64,000 nucleotides of DNA from Eledone cirrhosa (GCA_964016885.1 OZ024753.1:19034001-19098000); one strand, 5' to 3'. Counted from the stretch's first letter, positions 48,252-63,704 are shown. Translations and numbers: made by a program. Notes: generated by a model not told the origin, from the letters alone.

Positions 48252-48299
48252 AAAATGACCGGTTTCGATGGGTCTGCAAAAGCCATCTTTTCAAATGTT
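48252..48299 (-). ncRNA. Hammerhead motif with U3-A8 core pair
   Basis: aacat-TTGAAAA-gatgg..ccatc-GAAA-ccgg-TC-atttt. Confidence 0.6.
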
Positions 48300-48663
48300 G
48301 ATTAATATTAAGAAAAATTAATAATACGAAGAGTTAAAATTTGAGACTTGAAAATTCAAGTATAAAATTCATTGTGGGATTTCATAGCAGTTTTCATCTA
48401 GGTAGCAACAACAGGTTGACTGCTGTGTCCCTTTCTGGTAGTGAATGAGAAGTTATTTGGGGTGTGGGTTATTTTATAAAGGTCAGATTTAGCAATCACC
48501 AACTGGCCAGCTGCTGGTCAGTGAGGGGGTGGAAGCAATATACATACACATATCTTCCTGTGATGGGTAGGAGAGTGGAGCGTGATAGAAAGGGATTTAG
48601 TGCACTTACACCTATATATACACACATACCTTTATCATATATATATATATATATATATATGTG

Positions 48664-48970
48664 TCTAGGGTAGGTAAAATTCCCGACATCCATGGACGTT
48701 TCCTCTCCAGCGGTCTCTGTCCCTCATTATCGCTGCCATGTCCTGCATATCCAACAGACCAGTGTCTGTCCTTAGGGCATCAACATATACATATGTTAAC
48801 CTCGGTCCTCCTCTTCCAGTGTGTCTATGCAGGGGCTCCCACAGGAGCACTGAGTGCAGTGTCAACTCAGGATGTCAGTGAGCATGTCCAGGTAACCTCA
48901 GTCTCCTCTGGGCTACTCTCGAGCTGACTTTTGGGAGGCTCTCGTACAGCTCTGAGTTCTTCATCCTCAT
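48664..48970 (-). mobile_element. RTE LINE 3' fragment
   Basis: Matches 61018-61316 with a 6-nt insertion. Confidence 0.9.
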
Positions 48971-48989
48971 ATATATATATATATATATC

Positions 48990-49310
48990 AATTTGTTTTG
49001 CAAGGTTCTTGATATGAAATTGCGTGTTGAAACAAATATTGCTATATTTGGGGAGGATTATATTGTTATAATATTACCAGAAATAATAACAGAACACACT
49101 CACTGTTTGGTTTGGTTTGGTTTGGTTTTCGCTTCTGCATCTGTTATATCTCCATAGTTAATTTATCTGGCAATGTTTATCATTTATTGATCAACGGTTA
49201 AAAAATACATATATGAATATGTATATATAGTGTATCAAAGTTCTTATGTCACACATCTGTGACATTATCAGTGGTACTATTATGTTTCTTCTCGTTGTAT
49301 TGTACTGACT
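48990..49310 (-). mobile_element. Family Y copy with decayed HHR (~49228-49280)
   Basis: Colinear with 16715-17028; CTGATAA-t-gtcaca gatg tgtgac-ATAA. Confidence 0.7.
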
Positions 49311-49513
49311 ACGCCATTTTAATTTTATTTATTTATTTATTTATTCTTGGCTCTGTCCCTGTTATCGTATGCGTTTGCGTGTGTGTTTATGTGTTTGTTG
49401 TTATTGTACTTGTGCACATATATATTTATTTATTTATATTTCCATTAGGTCAGTATTGTGTGTTTGGGTATGGTTGTTGTTGTTATTCCATTCGTTTTTT
49501 TCTGTTCGACTTT

Positions 49514-49588
<75 letters not shown>

Positions 49589-49619
49589 GTGTGTGTGTGT
49601 GGGTGTGTGTGTGTATATA

Positions 49620-50290
49620 TCATCATCATCGCTTAACGTCCATCTCCCATGCTAGCATGGGTTAGACGGTTTTGTTCCACTTGATGCGGGATTGGTCGGG
49701 AGACCGTGACTCGCTCGTACGGAAGTAACTCTGGCAGGTTTTCTACAGTTGGATGCCCTTCCTAACACCAACAACATATTACAGTGTAGACTGGGAGCCG
49801 TTTTACCATGTCACCTACGGGACCACCTTACAGTGTGGACTGGTTGCTCTTTGTTGTGTTATCGACACAGTGGACGGAAATGAGAGGATGTGGTAGGGTG
49901 GGTGAGGTGGAGTGTATATTGAGTTAAGAGGTGACTGTAGGTTTGTTTACAACGGCGGTCGGGTCTTCTGTACAACTGCATAGCGCCAAAGATCTCGATC
50001 CGGTGACATCGTCTTAGAGAGGTGTAAGTTAGCAAAGTCAGTTTTTATCACCTCGTCCCATGTATTTCTTGGTCTACCCACTCCGTAGAGTCCATCAATT
50101 TTGATTCCTCTGCACTTTTATATACAGCTATCGTCCTTCATGCGCATCACATGGCTATACCAACGCAATCTCCTCTCCAGAACACATTTTATATGTCTTA
50201 TGCTTAGTCTTTCTCTCAATTCGTTTATGCTTTGCCTTTTACGCACATTACTATTACAAATCCATCGGAGCATGCAAGCTTCATTTCTTT
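49620..50290 (-). mobile_element. 3' fragment of a third RTE-type LINE family with 3' UTR and (GAT)n tail
   Basis: EACMLRWIC...LRERL..RRLRWYSHVMRM followed by a GRPR.TW-like segment; ends at (CAT)n on the + strand. Confidence 0.75.
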
Positions 50291-50417
50291 CTACTATATA
50301 TATTACGTTCAAAGATATAGATTTCATGTTTGAGATTATCTCGAACATCTGTCTTTTCACCCAAAATACGCTCAAAAAAAAAATTCAAAGAATAAATCAT
50401 TACAAAATAGTGAATGC

Positions 50418-50605
50418 CATATATACATACTTATATATCTAATGATATATAATACATATATATCTAATGATATATATATATATACATATATATCTAATGA
50501 CATATATACATACTTATGTATCTAATGATATATATATATACTTATATATCTAATGCTATATATACATATATATCTAATGACATATATACATACTTATATA
50601 TCTAA

Positions 50606-50652
<47 letters not shown>

Positions 50653-50665
50653 TATCTAATGATAT
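50418..50665. repeat. Variable ~22-30 bp repeat (TA)n-CATACTTATATATCTAATG
   Basis: ATCTAATG recurs about 8 times. Confidence 0.85.
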
Positions 50666-51993
50666 ATATAATATATATATTTATATATATATATATCTAT
50701 TGCTATAAATATATAATAGAACATATCAAACTTTAATAAGAGACAATCTCTATAGACTGTAAGAATACTAAGTTCGTTACAGTATCATATTAAAATTTAA
50801 CAAAGATTTAAAATATAGATACCTCATAAGAGTTATACATATTTCTCTCATATGTATCCTTCACAAATCATGAATACATTTGACCAAATATCGGTGAAGT
50901 TAGATAATCGATTTAGATTGTCAGTGAGTGCAATCGATCTATCTAAACTGACAGCAAACTGACAGCCGTTAACATAGAGAACCAAATACGATAAGAGAAG
51001 CACATGACATTATTAAAAAACCAACATATGCGGTCATCGTCTGCAATGACATGAAAGGGTTCAGGCCAAATAGAAACAGCAGTCTAACGTCTAACAGCTG
51101 AACCAATTAAAAGTATTATATATACTAGCAGAAAAACCACCCATTGGATGGTTTTCTGCTAGTATGTGTAGTGTGTATATTGATATAATACGCAAGTATA
51201 TATGCATGTAGATATGATACATAAAATAAAATCGTAATTGACAACATACACATAAATTGAACAAAGACTGTGTTACATTGTATTATGTAATCAGTAAAGT
51301 AATCCATGATACATTTTAAAAAAAGACGATTTTATATATAAACTTCATTATTAGAAAATTAGCGACGGAAATATATGCGATATTTTTATAAGTGTTATAT
51401 TATAATGGCCGCTAACCGGAAATGTTTACATTTGAACATTTTAACGAAGTGAATTTTTAGATAAGCTATAAGATATATGTAATCAAGAGTCACGAAATTT
51501 AGCGCATAAATTATGTAATATTCATTCATTATTTATTCAAAATAATCCAACTTATTTTAAAAACGGGGTAAACAAATATATTGTGGACGCAGTCCCGCAC
51601 TCCTTTGTTTATTATAGTTAAGATTATATATATTACCTCGACTATCATATTTTGTGAAATGTATTCATGATTTATGAGGGATACATATTGGGGAAATATA
51701 TGTGGTTTTTTTCAGGTATATTCGTTTTAAAAGTTTGTTAAATGTTAACTATGTATTCTTATATTCTATACAGATTGCGTCTTATTAAATTAATATGTTT
51801 TATACATTTTATATTATTAGGAATTTATGTGTGTGTATATATGTCATTCATTATATACATAAATACATAGATACATACATACATATATATATATATAAAC
51901 ACACACACACACACTCACACACACACACACACACACATACACACATACGTACATACATACATACATACATACATACATACATACATACATACA

Positions 51994-52025
<32 letters not shown>

Positions 52026-52077
52026 AAGTAAAAGCAAAACCAAATTTATTCAATTGGATATAACCAATTATTATTAT

Positions 52078-52270
52078 TATGGTGCATTGGCAGTATCGGT
52101 AGAGAGTAGGGTGCCATGCTTTGACGCAACAATTACGGCCCTTGCCATTCTGAATTCAAATCCCGCTGAGGTTAACTTTGCCTTTAATCCTTACGAGGTC
52201 GATAAAATGAAGTACCAGTAATACATTGGGTAATTGCTGGCCTTTTTGCCAAAAGTAGAAACAATTATTA
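52078..52270 (+). mobile_element. tRNA-SINE
   Basis: Full-length match to the SINE family. Confidence 0.85.
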
Positions 52271-52289
52271 TATTTCTCCAGCTTTAGCT

Positions 52290-53845
52290 AGCAAAGCCTT
52301 ATATGCAACACATTTACTGATCTTTCAAGTGATAAAATTAATATTATCCTTACGCCGAGAAAAAACTATTATTGATTTTAATGGTGATATATGGACTAGA
52401 GCTGATGGAGCTGGAATTTTCTACATGACTATGGGATCTACACACTCGACTCAGGTCACTGTCCTCGTTGGAGTTTTCATCCTTAACCTAATTCACATAC
52501 GATAACCTGTTCTTTGGCGGGGGTTTATATCGTGATGATGCTCTTTTTTCAGCAATTAGCCATACTTATAGCGCCCTTAATATAAAGAAACAAAGTATAA
52601 CTGGCATTTTTAACAATTACAGCCTTAAACTCCAAATTAAAAATATTTAATTTCCTACATATCACATTAAACCTTAATTCTGGACTTACTACCTGTTCCA
52701 TGAATTAAATGAAAACTTTAATTGTGTTAGCTTCCATTCAAACCACGCTAGAAATGTTGAAAGGCTTAAGTTAACAGCGTTCAGCAAATAATCTCTAGAC
52801 TCTGGGCCAATAAGGAAATGTTTGACAATAAGGCTAAATACTATACCGATGTGTTAAATAGAGCAGGTTACCCCGATATAATTGAATATAAAATAAAAAT
52901 GTTTACACCCCCGCCGTATCGTCTATAAATCAACATTTATTTAATATAAATACTAATACACATACATATTATAACAATTATAATAATGCTAATGTCTATA
53001 ACATAAGCCATAGAACTAGAGCAAACCAGTTATATAATCGATATAAGTCCTATAAAACCAATAAGTCATAGATCAGAATCCGTTCACGTTATATTTCATG
53101 GTATTCTCCACCACTATCACTAGGAACCAAGAAAACTTAGTTCACCTTTTCTTCAACGCAATTGATAAATGTTTCCCCAAAACACATAAATATAGTTGAA
53201 TTTTTAATAAACATCCAATTAAACTCTCATACTCAACCACTAAAAATATTGCCCAAAATATAGTTACAATTAATAATAGAAGTCACGGAGCTATTTATAG
53301 GGAATTAACTCCTAATGATAATCAGAGAATCACTAATAGAATACATAACTTCTCAATTAGCAACAATTATACCAATAACATAAACGATGAAAACTTTATA
53401 AACTACGAACACATCATTAAATAACACCGTAGGTAATTGTAATAATAGAAATAGTTACTCTCGCCCATTAAGTAATAACTGTCTTGACCATAATTTAATG
53501 TATAAATACACGGTTAAAAGAAAAATATAAGTCTTAGAGTTATATTGGTGTCACTTCTTCTAAATTTAAAGAAAGGTGATTAAATCACTGCCACACATTC
53601 AAAAGAGAAGACAAGAGATTTGGTACAGCCTTATCTGAATTAATTTGGTCGCTTAAAAATAATAATATAGGATATTCTCTTTCTTGATATAAACTTATAA
53701 ACATTCTTCCATTTCCAAGGGTTATAAATTATGTACTACTGGAATTCTTTATATTCTCAATAATAAAAAACTAATTATTAATAAACGCTCTCCCCCGATC
53801 CTCCACCGATTCTCAAAAACGTTTAATAGAGTGTTTAGTTAAGCT
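52290..53845 (+). pseudogene. Decayed Hydra-like PLE RT-EN (3' UTR probably resumes at 55625 after the RTE insertion)
   Basis: DIWTR..F.MTMGST..QVT.LVG, GGLYRDDAL, SNH, IKLSYSTT, YIGVTS motifs with many stops and frameshifts. Confidence 0.8.
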
Positions 53846-55613
53846 CCCAAATACAGGCGGTCCTCAACCAATTCTAGCGGCTTCCCGCCTACATTAGTGA
53901 TCCCATCTGGCTTCTCAACATTATCTACCAGATATTTTGTTTTAGTCTCATTCATTATCAGCCCCACACTCATCGACACAGTCTCAAACTCCTGCATCAA
54001 ATCCTCTTCCTCCTTCACTGTATGTGTCACCCAAAAAATGTCATCGGCAAATTCAGCATCCGATATCTTTTTCGCCTTAACTTGCCTGCTCTGAGCCAGT
54101 GTTACAGTAAAGCCAGAGTCCTGGTGCTTCTCCAGTGTAAGGCGCATACAATAGTCCACTACGATGATAAAAAAGTAGGGAGCCAATGCATCTCCCTGGA
54201 GCACTCCAGCCAGTATCGCAAAGAACTATGTCATCCCATCAGGTGTAATGACTTGGGCTTCGGTGTTGGTGTAGAGCAGTGATATCAGGTCCACTATCTT
54301 CTTGGGGATTCCATAAGCCTGTAAGAACTTCATCAGACAGTGATGGTCCACAGAAACAATGGCCTTCCTAAAGTCAATGAAAACCATGACCGCAGGAAGT
54401 CACTTTGCTCTAGCTCCCTCTAATATTCCTCAGCATCAGGATGTGACTGGTGGTTTATCTACCCTCCTTGAAGCCGCTCTGGTTGTCCCTGAGCTACTTC
54501 TCCATCTCAGGCAGGATCCTGTTAAGAATCATCCTGTTGAGCGTCTTTGCCACAAGTGACGTCAGTGAGATCCCCCTGTAGTTGTTGGGGTTAGAGAGGA
54601 CTCCGTTATTTGGCACTGGGACGATGTTACTGATCCTCCACTGATTCGGGAAAACTCCTTTCTCCAGTGCCTGGTTACAGAACCACAGGATGATATCATC
54701 AAAATCACACCTCTTCATCACCTCTGTGGCCACTCCATCACTCCATGAACCTTTCCCTCCTTGATCTTCTTCTTGGCTCTCTGAAGCTCCTCTCTGGTGA
54801 AGGGCTCTGTCTCAATATCCAGTTCTTCAAACAACCGCCTGATCTCCTCAGTGGTAGGGGCTGTGGAGGGTAGCTCTCCTAGTAGGGGCCAAAATGGTCT
54901 AGCCATTTCCTCTTCCTATCCTCGGGCCCTGTTCCCTGGATCTGACTCGAAAACCTTCTTTTCCTCCCTGTGATCTCGTTGATGATCATCCAGCTCTCCT
55001 TACACCCAGACTGTCAACCACTCTCTCCACACCTCTGATATTCTCTATCAGTGCCTCCTCTCTCAAAGATTGGGAATACGGAAGATGATATGGTTGAGAG
55101 GAAGAGCAAAGCCACAGCTTGAGATCGGTGTGGAAGTCGGACCTGCGTACAAACCTGAAAATCCGCCTCTTCAATGCTGTATTGGAGTCTGTGTTGCTGT
55201 ACGGGTCTGAGATTTGGACACTGACCAAAAAACTCACTCGTATGATCGATGGGTGATACACGAGAATGCTGAGGATGGCTCTGAACATTAATCAGTATAC
55301 ACTGAGGATGAAAAACTCAGAGCTGTATGGGAGCCTCCCAAAATCCAGCTCAAAAGTGACACATAGGAGACTAAGCTTAGCTGGACATGCTCACCGACAA
55401 CCACAGTTGACATTGCACTCAGTGCTCCTGTAGAGCCTCTACATGGACACACTGGTAGAGGAAGACCAAGGTTAACGTATGTTGATGCCCTAAGGACAGA
55501 CACTGGTCTGTTGGAGACGCAGGGCACGGCAGCGATAATGAGGGACATAGACCGCTGGAGAGAACTCGTCCATGGTTCTCGAGAATTTTACCCGCCCTAG
55601 ATAGATAGATAGA
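53846..55613. mobile_element. RTE LINE copy with 5' inversion and 11-bp target-site duplication
   Basis: 53846-55063 (-) matches ~59542-60763; 55064-55600 (+) matches ~60766-61316; (TAGA)n tail; TTAGTTAAGCT at 53835-53845 and 55614-55624. Confidence 0.92.
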
Positions 55614-56379
55614 TTAGTTAAGCTTTAAGATAGATGGCATCATTTTGAATGTTACTTTATATATAGTTTTTAATCTTTGCCTCCACCTATTCTCGGATAC
55701 TTTTAGAGTTTTTTTTATTAAGCCTGATATAAATAAAACTAATAATAAGATAGGTATTACTCCTTTATATATAATTTTATATTAGTGATTTTGTTTACCT
55801 TTATTTTAAAAATCTAGATCATATGACAAAATAAGTCAACTAATTGTTTCCTCCCTTCTTTTTCTCCGTTATTATCAATTACAATTTCCATCTACTTTAA
55901 CTTTAGGTTGTATCTAAATAAATTAAATTTAATATAAATTGATAAATTTGGCTATAATGCATACATCTTTTCTCTCTAAATACTTACACAAAGTATTTAT
56001 AGTCCCTCCTATTCATATATTAACTACTTAAATAAATTGTTGAATTGATAAATTCGACATAGATAATTATTTCCCTTCTTTTGAAATAAATAGTTTACCT
56101 AATAGCATTATAATTTACCCAGCTATATATATATTTTAAAAAAAGACACATATCAATTATTAAATACTTTTCTACTCAGATAATTTCAATATCTAAATAT
56201 ACATAAACCAATGATAATATACATACAAATTTTGTAATCCAAATTCTTTCCCCCTTTATTATTATATTTTCATAATACTACTTTCGTTTCCTAGAATATA
56301 TTTTCCTTTTTTCCTTTAATATAATATATATTTTTGATTTAATACCTATTTTAATTGATTATGAGCAACATATAGACAG

Positions 56380-56570
56380 AATAATTGTTTCTACATTTGG
56401 CACATGGCCAACCATTGTCCCAGTGTATTACTGGTACTTTATTTTATCGACCCCGTAAGGATGAAAGGCAAAGTTAACCTCGGCGGGATTTGAAATCAGA
56501 TCATAAAGGGAGGTAACTCTGTCCTTCAAAGCATGGCACCCGACCCTCTACCGATACTGCCAATCCAACA
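56380..56570 (-). mobile_element. tRNA-SINE
   Basis: Reverse complement of the SINE family. Confidence 0.85.
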
Positions 56571-56894
56571 TCTAGACAGAATAATGGTCAATGTTTGATT
56601 TGTGTTTTGACCAATCTAATTACGCTATATTTTAATAATTTATTAACGTTTAAACAAACAGTATTTTTTCTCCCAGTCACATAACCTCCTATGTATTGAG
56701 TTTTTTGTCTAGTCATATGCTTAGTGGTCACCGATCTGTCCAGCTCGTTTGTCTACCATCATAATATGAAAAACATCTCCTATGTATTTTGTCTGAGGAG
56801 AAAATGTTTTGGATTGTGTTATAGATAAACTTTACATCTTTGAAATAGATATAATGAAATAATAGATAGACATGATGTAAAGCATATATCTTTC

Positions 56895-57548
56895 GTTTGT
56901 GCCAAAAGTAGAAATAATAATAATTATTATTATTAAAGGCGGTGGATTGGCAGTATCGGTAGAGGTCGGACGCCCTGCTTTCCAGCATAGTTACGTCCCT
57001 TTCCGATCTGAGTTCAAATTCCGCCGATGTTGACTTTGCCTTTCATCCTTACGGGGTCGATAAAATAAAGTACCAGTAATTGCTGGCCTTGTGCCAGAAG
57101 TAGAAACAATTATTATTAATGGCGGTGGATTGGCAGTATCGGTAGATGGTCGGACGCCATGCTTTGACGCATAGAGGTACGGCCCTTGCCATTCTGAGTT
57201 CAAATCCCGCCGAGGTTAACTTTGCCTTTCATCCCTATGGGGTCGATAAAATAAAGTACCAGTCACGCATTGGGGTCGATTTAATCGACATTTCCCTCCC
57301 CCCAAATGTGTGCCTATATAAGAAACCATTATTATTATTATTATTATTTATTATTATTATTAATACACTGCCATTCTGAGTTCAAATCCCGCCGAGGTTA
57401 ACTTTGCCTTTCATCCTTACGGGGTCGATAAAATAAAGTACCAGTAATACACTGGGTAATTGATGGACTTGTGCCTAACGTAGAAACAATTATTAATACA
57501 CTGGGCAATTGCTGGCCTTGTGCCTAACGTAGAAACAATTATTATTAT
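56895..57548 (+). mobile_element. Head-to-tail cluster of SINE copies (two full, one truncated, extra tails)
   Basis: Heads at 56938 and 57121, truncated copy at ~57368, each following an (ATT)n run. Confidence 0.88.
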
Positions 57549-57595
57549 CATGTGTGTATGTTTGTGTGTACATATATAAATATTTATATACACCC

Positions 57596-57654
<59 letters not shown>

Positions 57655-57657
<3 letters not shown>

Positions 57658-58193
57658 CGTTTTTGAATGTGTTTAGCAAGATTCTTTATCTGAAATCGTG
57701 TGTTGAAACCGATATTGTTATACTTTGGGAGGGTCATGTTGCCAATAAGAAAAACACGCACCAGTAGGTTTCACTTCAGTTTATTATATATTTATAAATT
57801 TACAAATTTATAAATTTATAAATTTCTGGTTGGTTGGTTGGTTCCACAACCAGATAGTTGTTTATATATAGTCATAGTCCTTTCGTCACACGTTCTGTGA
57901 CCTCTTCAGTGACTGGGGATTACTTTCTTTGTTTCTGTGCCTCTCCTTTGTTCTGTCCAGAACAAAGGAGAGGCACAGAAACAAAGAAAGTAATCCCCAG
58001 TCACTGAAGAGGTCACAGAACGTGTGACGAAAGGACTATGACTATATATAAACAACTATCTGGTTGTGGAACCAACCAACCAACCAGAAATTTATAAATT
58101 TATAAATTTGTAAATTTATAAATATATAATAAACTGAAGTGAAATCTACTGGTGCGTGTGTTTCTTATTGGCAACATGACCCTCCCAAAGTAT

Positions 58194-58200
<7 letters not shown>
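57655..58200. mobile_element. Family Y near-perfect palindrome (~245-bp arms, 2-nt spacer at 57956-57957)
   Basis: 57711-57955 is the reverse complement of 57958-58200. Confidence 0.9.
57999..58043 (+). ncRNA. Type I hammerhead ribozyme (mirror copy at 57870-57914, -)
   Basis: agtca-CTGAAGA-g-gtcaca gaacg tgtgac-GAAA-ggac-TA-tgact. Confidence 0.8.
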
Positions 58201-58281
<81 letters not shown>

Positions 58282-58552
58282 CGAAGAGGGTGTTTAACTC
58301 CAACACGCTCCAGTATTTTAATCCTTATATATATATATAGAAATATGTATATATATATAAATGGAAAAAATGAAATTTCGTTCCTCACTCTTAGTACGGC
58401 TGATACTTAAATATAAGTATGTATACTTACATACTTATATGTATACAGACGTACAGTAGTATGTATATACATACATGCATGCACACATATATATGTACGT
58501 ATATATACATATATATATATGTATGTATGTATATATATATATATATATATAT

Positions 58553-61316
58553 GAGGAGTGTGATGATCGGGAAGAGGAGCCAGCTCGTCACTACATCGGC
58601 AGTGAAGAACACAACAAATGCTGCAGTAGGAGGAGTGGGTTTTGTGTTCAGTGCAAAAACCAATCTTTCGGTGAGGGAAATAATGCCTATCTCAATGGAA
58701 ACCCAAGACTGACAGTCATCTCAGCCTATAGTCCAACCGAGGGAAACAGTAATCTGAGTGCGTAAGAGTTCCATGAGGAGGTGTGTAGAGCTGTCAACAC
58801 CACTCAGGTACACAATATCCTGCTTGTTTTGGGGGACTTCAATGCACATCTGAGTAAGGAGGGCAGTGAAGATCCTTGCTGGTACTTCCAAAACAACACC
58901 AACCGAAATGGAAGACTACTGAGAGACACCCTGCTGGAGGCGAACTTGATGGCGACCAACCTAAGGTTTAGGAAGAATCTGGGGAAGATGTGGACCTACA
59001 TCTCAGATATGCACCTGTCCAGTCCCAGATTGATTTCATTCTGGTAAGGAAAAAGTGGCGGAATAGTGTTCTGAACACAGAACCATACAACTATTTCAGT
59101 ACACTGGGTAGTGACCACCGGCTTGTTATGAGTGAGGTCCGGGTGAGCTTAAGAAAGAGCAAGGCTCAGCCCCGGAGAGCAATATATGACTGGGGAGCTT
59201 TCAAGGAAGATAATAAGCTACAGGAGAGGTTCACAGTGGAAGTGAGAAACAAGTTTAGTGCTCTGTGTGGAGAGTCAGAGGAGAGAGAGATTGGATTGAC
59301 TGAGGAGAGTGTGACGAGGAGGTACGGGCACTTTACCATTGCAGTGGCGGAAGCAAGTGAAACCCTGGTGCCGAGGAAAAAGAACAAAGCGAAGCACATC
59401 AGCTCTGCAAAGCTAAAAGTGTGTGCAGCCAGAGAACACCTGAAAGCTGCCAAGGACCAATTCTATGCTGATCCTACGGAGGAGAGGATGGAGACTGTGG
59501 AGGTGATGAGAGAAGAGCTCTGTACCGCTTACACTGAGGTCAGAGAGGAGGCACTGATAGAGAAGATCAGAAGTGTGGAGAGAACGGTTGACATATCTGG
59601 ATTTAAGGAGAGCTGGATGATCATCAACGAGATCACAGGGAGGAAGAGAAGGTGTTCGAGTCAGATCCAGGGAACGGGGCCCGAGAATAGGAAGAGGAAA
59701 TGGCTAGACCATTTAAGGACCCTACTAGGCGAGCCACCCCCCACAGCCCAGATCACTGGGGAGATCAGGCGGCTGTTTGAGGAACTGGATGTTGAGACAG
59801 AGCCCTTCACCAGAGAGGAGCTTCAGAGAGTCAAGAAGAGGATCAAGTAGGGCAAGGCTCATGGAGAAAATGGAGTGGCTCAGAGGTGATGAAGAGGTGT
59901 GATTTTGATGATATCAGCCTCGGGTTCTGTAACCGGGCACTGGAGAGAGGAGTTGCCCCGAATCAGTGGAGGATCAGTAACATCGTCCCAGTGCCAAAGA
60001 AGGGAGATCTCTCTAACACCAACAACTACAGGGGGATCTCACTGACGTCACTTGTGGCAAAGATCCTCAACAGGATGATTCTTAACAGGATCCAGCCTGA
60101 GATGGAGAAGAAGCTCAGGGACAACCAGAACGGCTTCAGAGAGGGTAGATCAACCACCAGTCACATCCTGATGCTGAGGAGGATATTAGAGGGAGCTAGA
60201 GCCAAGTGCCTTCCTGCGGTCATGATTTTCATTGACTTTAGGAAGGCCTTTGATTCTGTGGACCGTTACTGCCTGATGAAGATCTTACAGGCTTATGGAA
60301 TCCCCAAGAAGATAGTGGACCTGTTATCACTGCTTTACACCAACACCAAAGCCCAAGTCATTACACCTGATGAGATGACAGAGTTCTTTGAGATACTGGC
60401 TGGAGTGCTCCAGGGAGATACTTTGGCTCCCTACCTTTTTATCATCGTAATGGACTATTGTGTGCGACTTGCACTGGAGAAACACCAGGACTCTGGCTTT
60501 ACTGTAGCACCGGCTCAGAGCAGGAGAGTTAGGGCGAAAAAGGTATCGGATGCTGAATTTGCCGACGACATAGTTTTAGTGACAAATACAGTGAAGGAGG
60601 CAGAGGATTTGATGCGGAAGGTTGAGACTGTGTCAATGAGTGTGGGGCTGAGAATGAATGAGACTAAAACAAAATATCTGGTAGAGAATGTTGAGAAGCC
60701 AGAGGGGATCACTAATGTAGGCGGGAAGCCGCTAGAATTGGTTGAGGGCTTCCTGTATTTGGGAACAAAGATTGGGAATACGGGAGAAGATGTGGTTGAG
60801 AGGAAGAGCAAGGCCTGGGCGGCGTGCCACAGCTTGAGATCGGTGTGGAAGTCGGACCGTCTTAAAGATCTGAAGGTCCGCCTCTTCATTGCTGTCGTAG
60901 GAGTCTGTGCTGCTGTATGGGTCTGAGACTTGGACACTGACCAAGAAACTCACGCAGATGGTGGATGGGTGCTACACGAGAATGCTGAGGATGGCTCCGA
61001 ACATTAATCAGTATACACTGAGAATGAAAATCTCAGAGCTGTATGAGAGCATCCCAAAAGTCAGCTCAAAAGGGACACAGAGGAGATTGAGGTTAGCTAG
61101 ACATGCTCACCGACATCCAGATTGACATTGCACTCACTGCTCCTTTGGGAGGACCTACATGGACACACTAGAAGAGGAAGACCAAGGTTAACGTATGTTG
61201 ATGCCCTAAGGACAGACACTGGTCTGTTGGAGACGCAGGACATGACAGCGATAATGAGGGACAAAGACCGCTGGAGAGAATACGTCCATGGATCTCGGGA
61301 ATTTTACCCGCCTTAG
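58553..61316 (+). pseudogene. RTE-clade LINE, 5'-truncated, disrupted EN-RT ORF
   Basis: GGVGF, SAYSPT, GDFNA, QIDFIL, SDH; NYRGISL, FIDFRKAFD, GVLQGD, FADD; several frameshifts and stops. Confidence 0.93.
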
Positions 61317-61489
61317 AAATGTATATATATATGTATATATATGTGTGTATATATATATGTATGTATATATATGTATATATATATATGTATGTATATAAAG
61401 GAACGATCGACTGTTGTCAAATCGGACCGAGTGAACAATGTTTCCGTTGGTCTTTCCAATTGCTAATACTATCTATCGGTCGCAACTGC

Positions 61490-61618
61490 AGGTAGAAGGA
61501 GCAACGTGAAATAAAGTGTCTTGCTCAAGGACATAACGCATCACCTGCTCCAGGAATCGAACTCACAACCTTACGATTGAGAATTCAATTCTCTAACCAC
61601 TCAGCCACACGCCTTCAC
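61490..61618 (-). mobile_element. Different tRNA-derived SINE (CORE/V-like body)
   Basis: Minus strand TGGCTGAGTGG A-box, GAGTTCGATTCC B-box, TGTCCTTGAGCAAGACACTT. Confidence 0.75.
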
Positions 61619-61635
61619 GTGTATGTCTATATATC

Positions 61636-61666
<31 letters not shown>

Positions 61667-61779
61667 GTATGTATATATATATATATAAATGTATATATAT
61701 GTATTATTTTATATGTATATAGATATATGTATATATATATATATGTATGTATATATGTATGTATGTATATATATATGTA

Positions 61780-63298
<1,519 letters not shown>

Positions 63299-63300
63299 TG

Positions 63301-63344
<44 letters not shown>

Positions 63345-63524
63345 TGTATAAATATATACATATATGTATATATATATATATACATATATGTATATATATA
63401 TATATATATAAGTTGAAACAAAATGAAAACGAAATTTCATCTCTCACTCTTTTCACGGCACTTACTTAAATGTAAGTACGTGTGTATACGTACATACATA
63501 TATGTATAAAGACGTACAGTAGCA

Positions 63525-63618
<94 letters not shown>

Positions 63619-63704
63619 AAGTTATATTTAGAATTGTTGGGTTACAACTAGTAAATATTTATAACTGATATAAAAGCACTCGACAAATACTTGGAGTATA
63701 TTTA

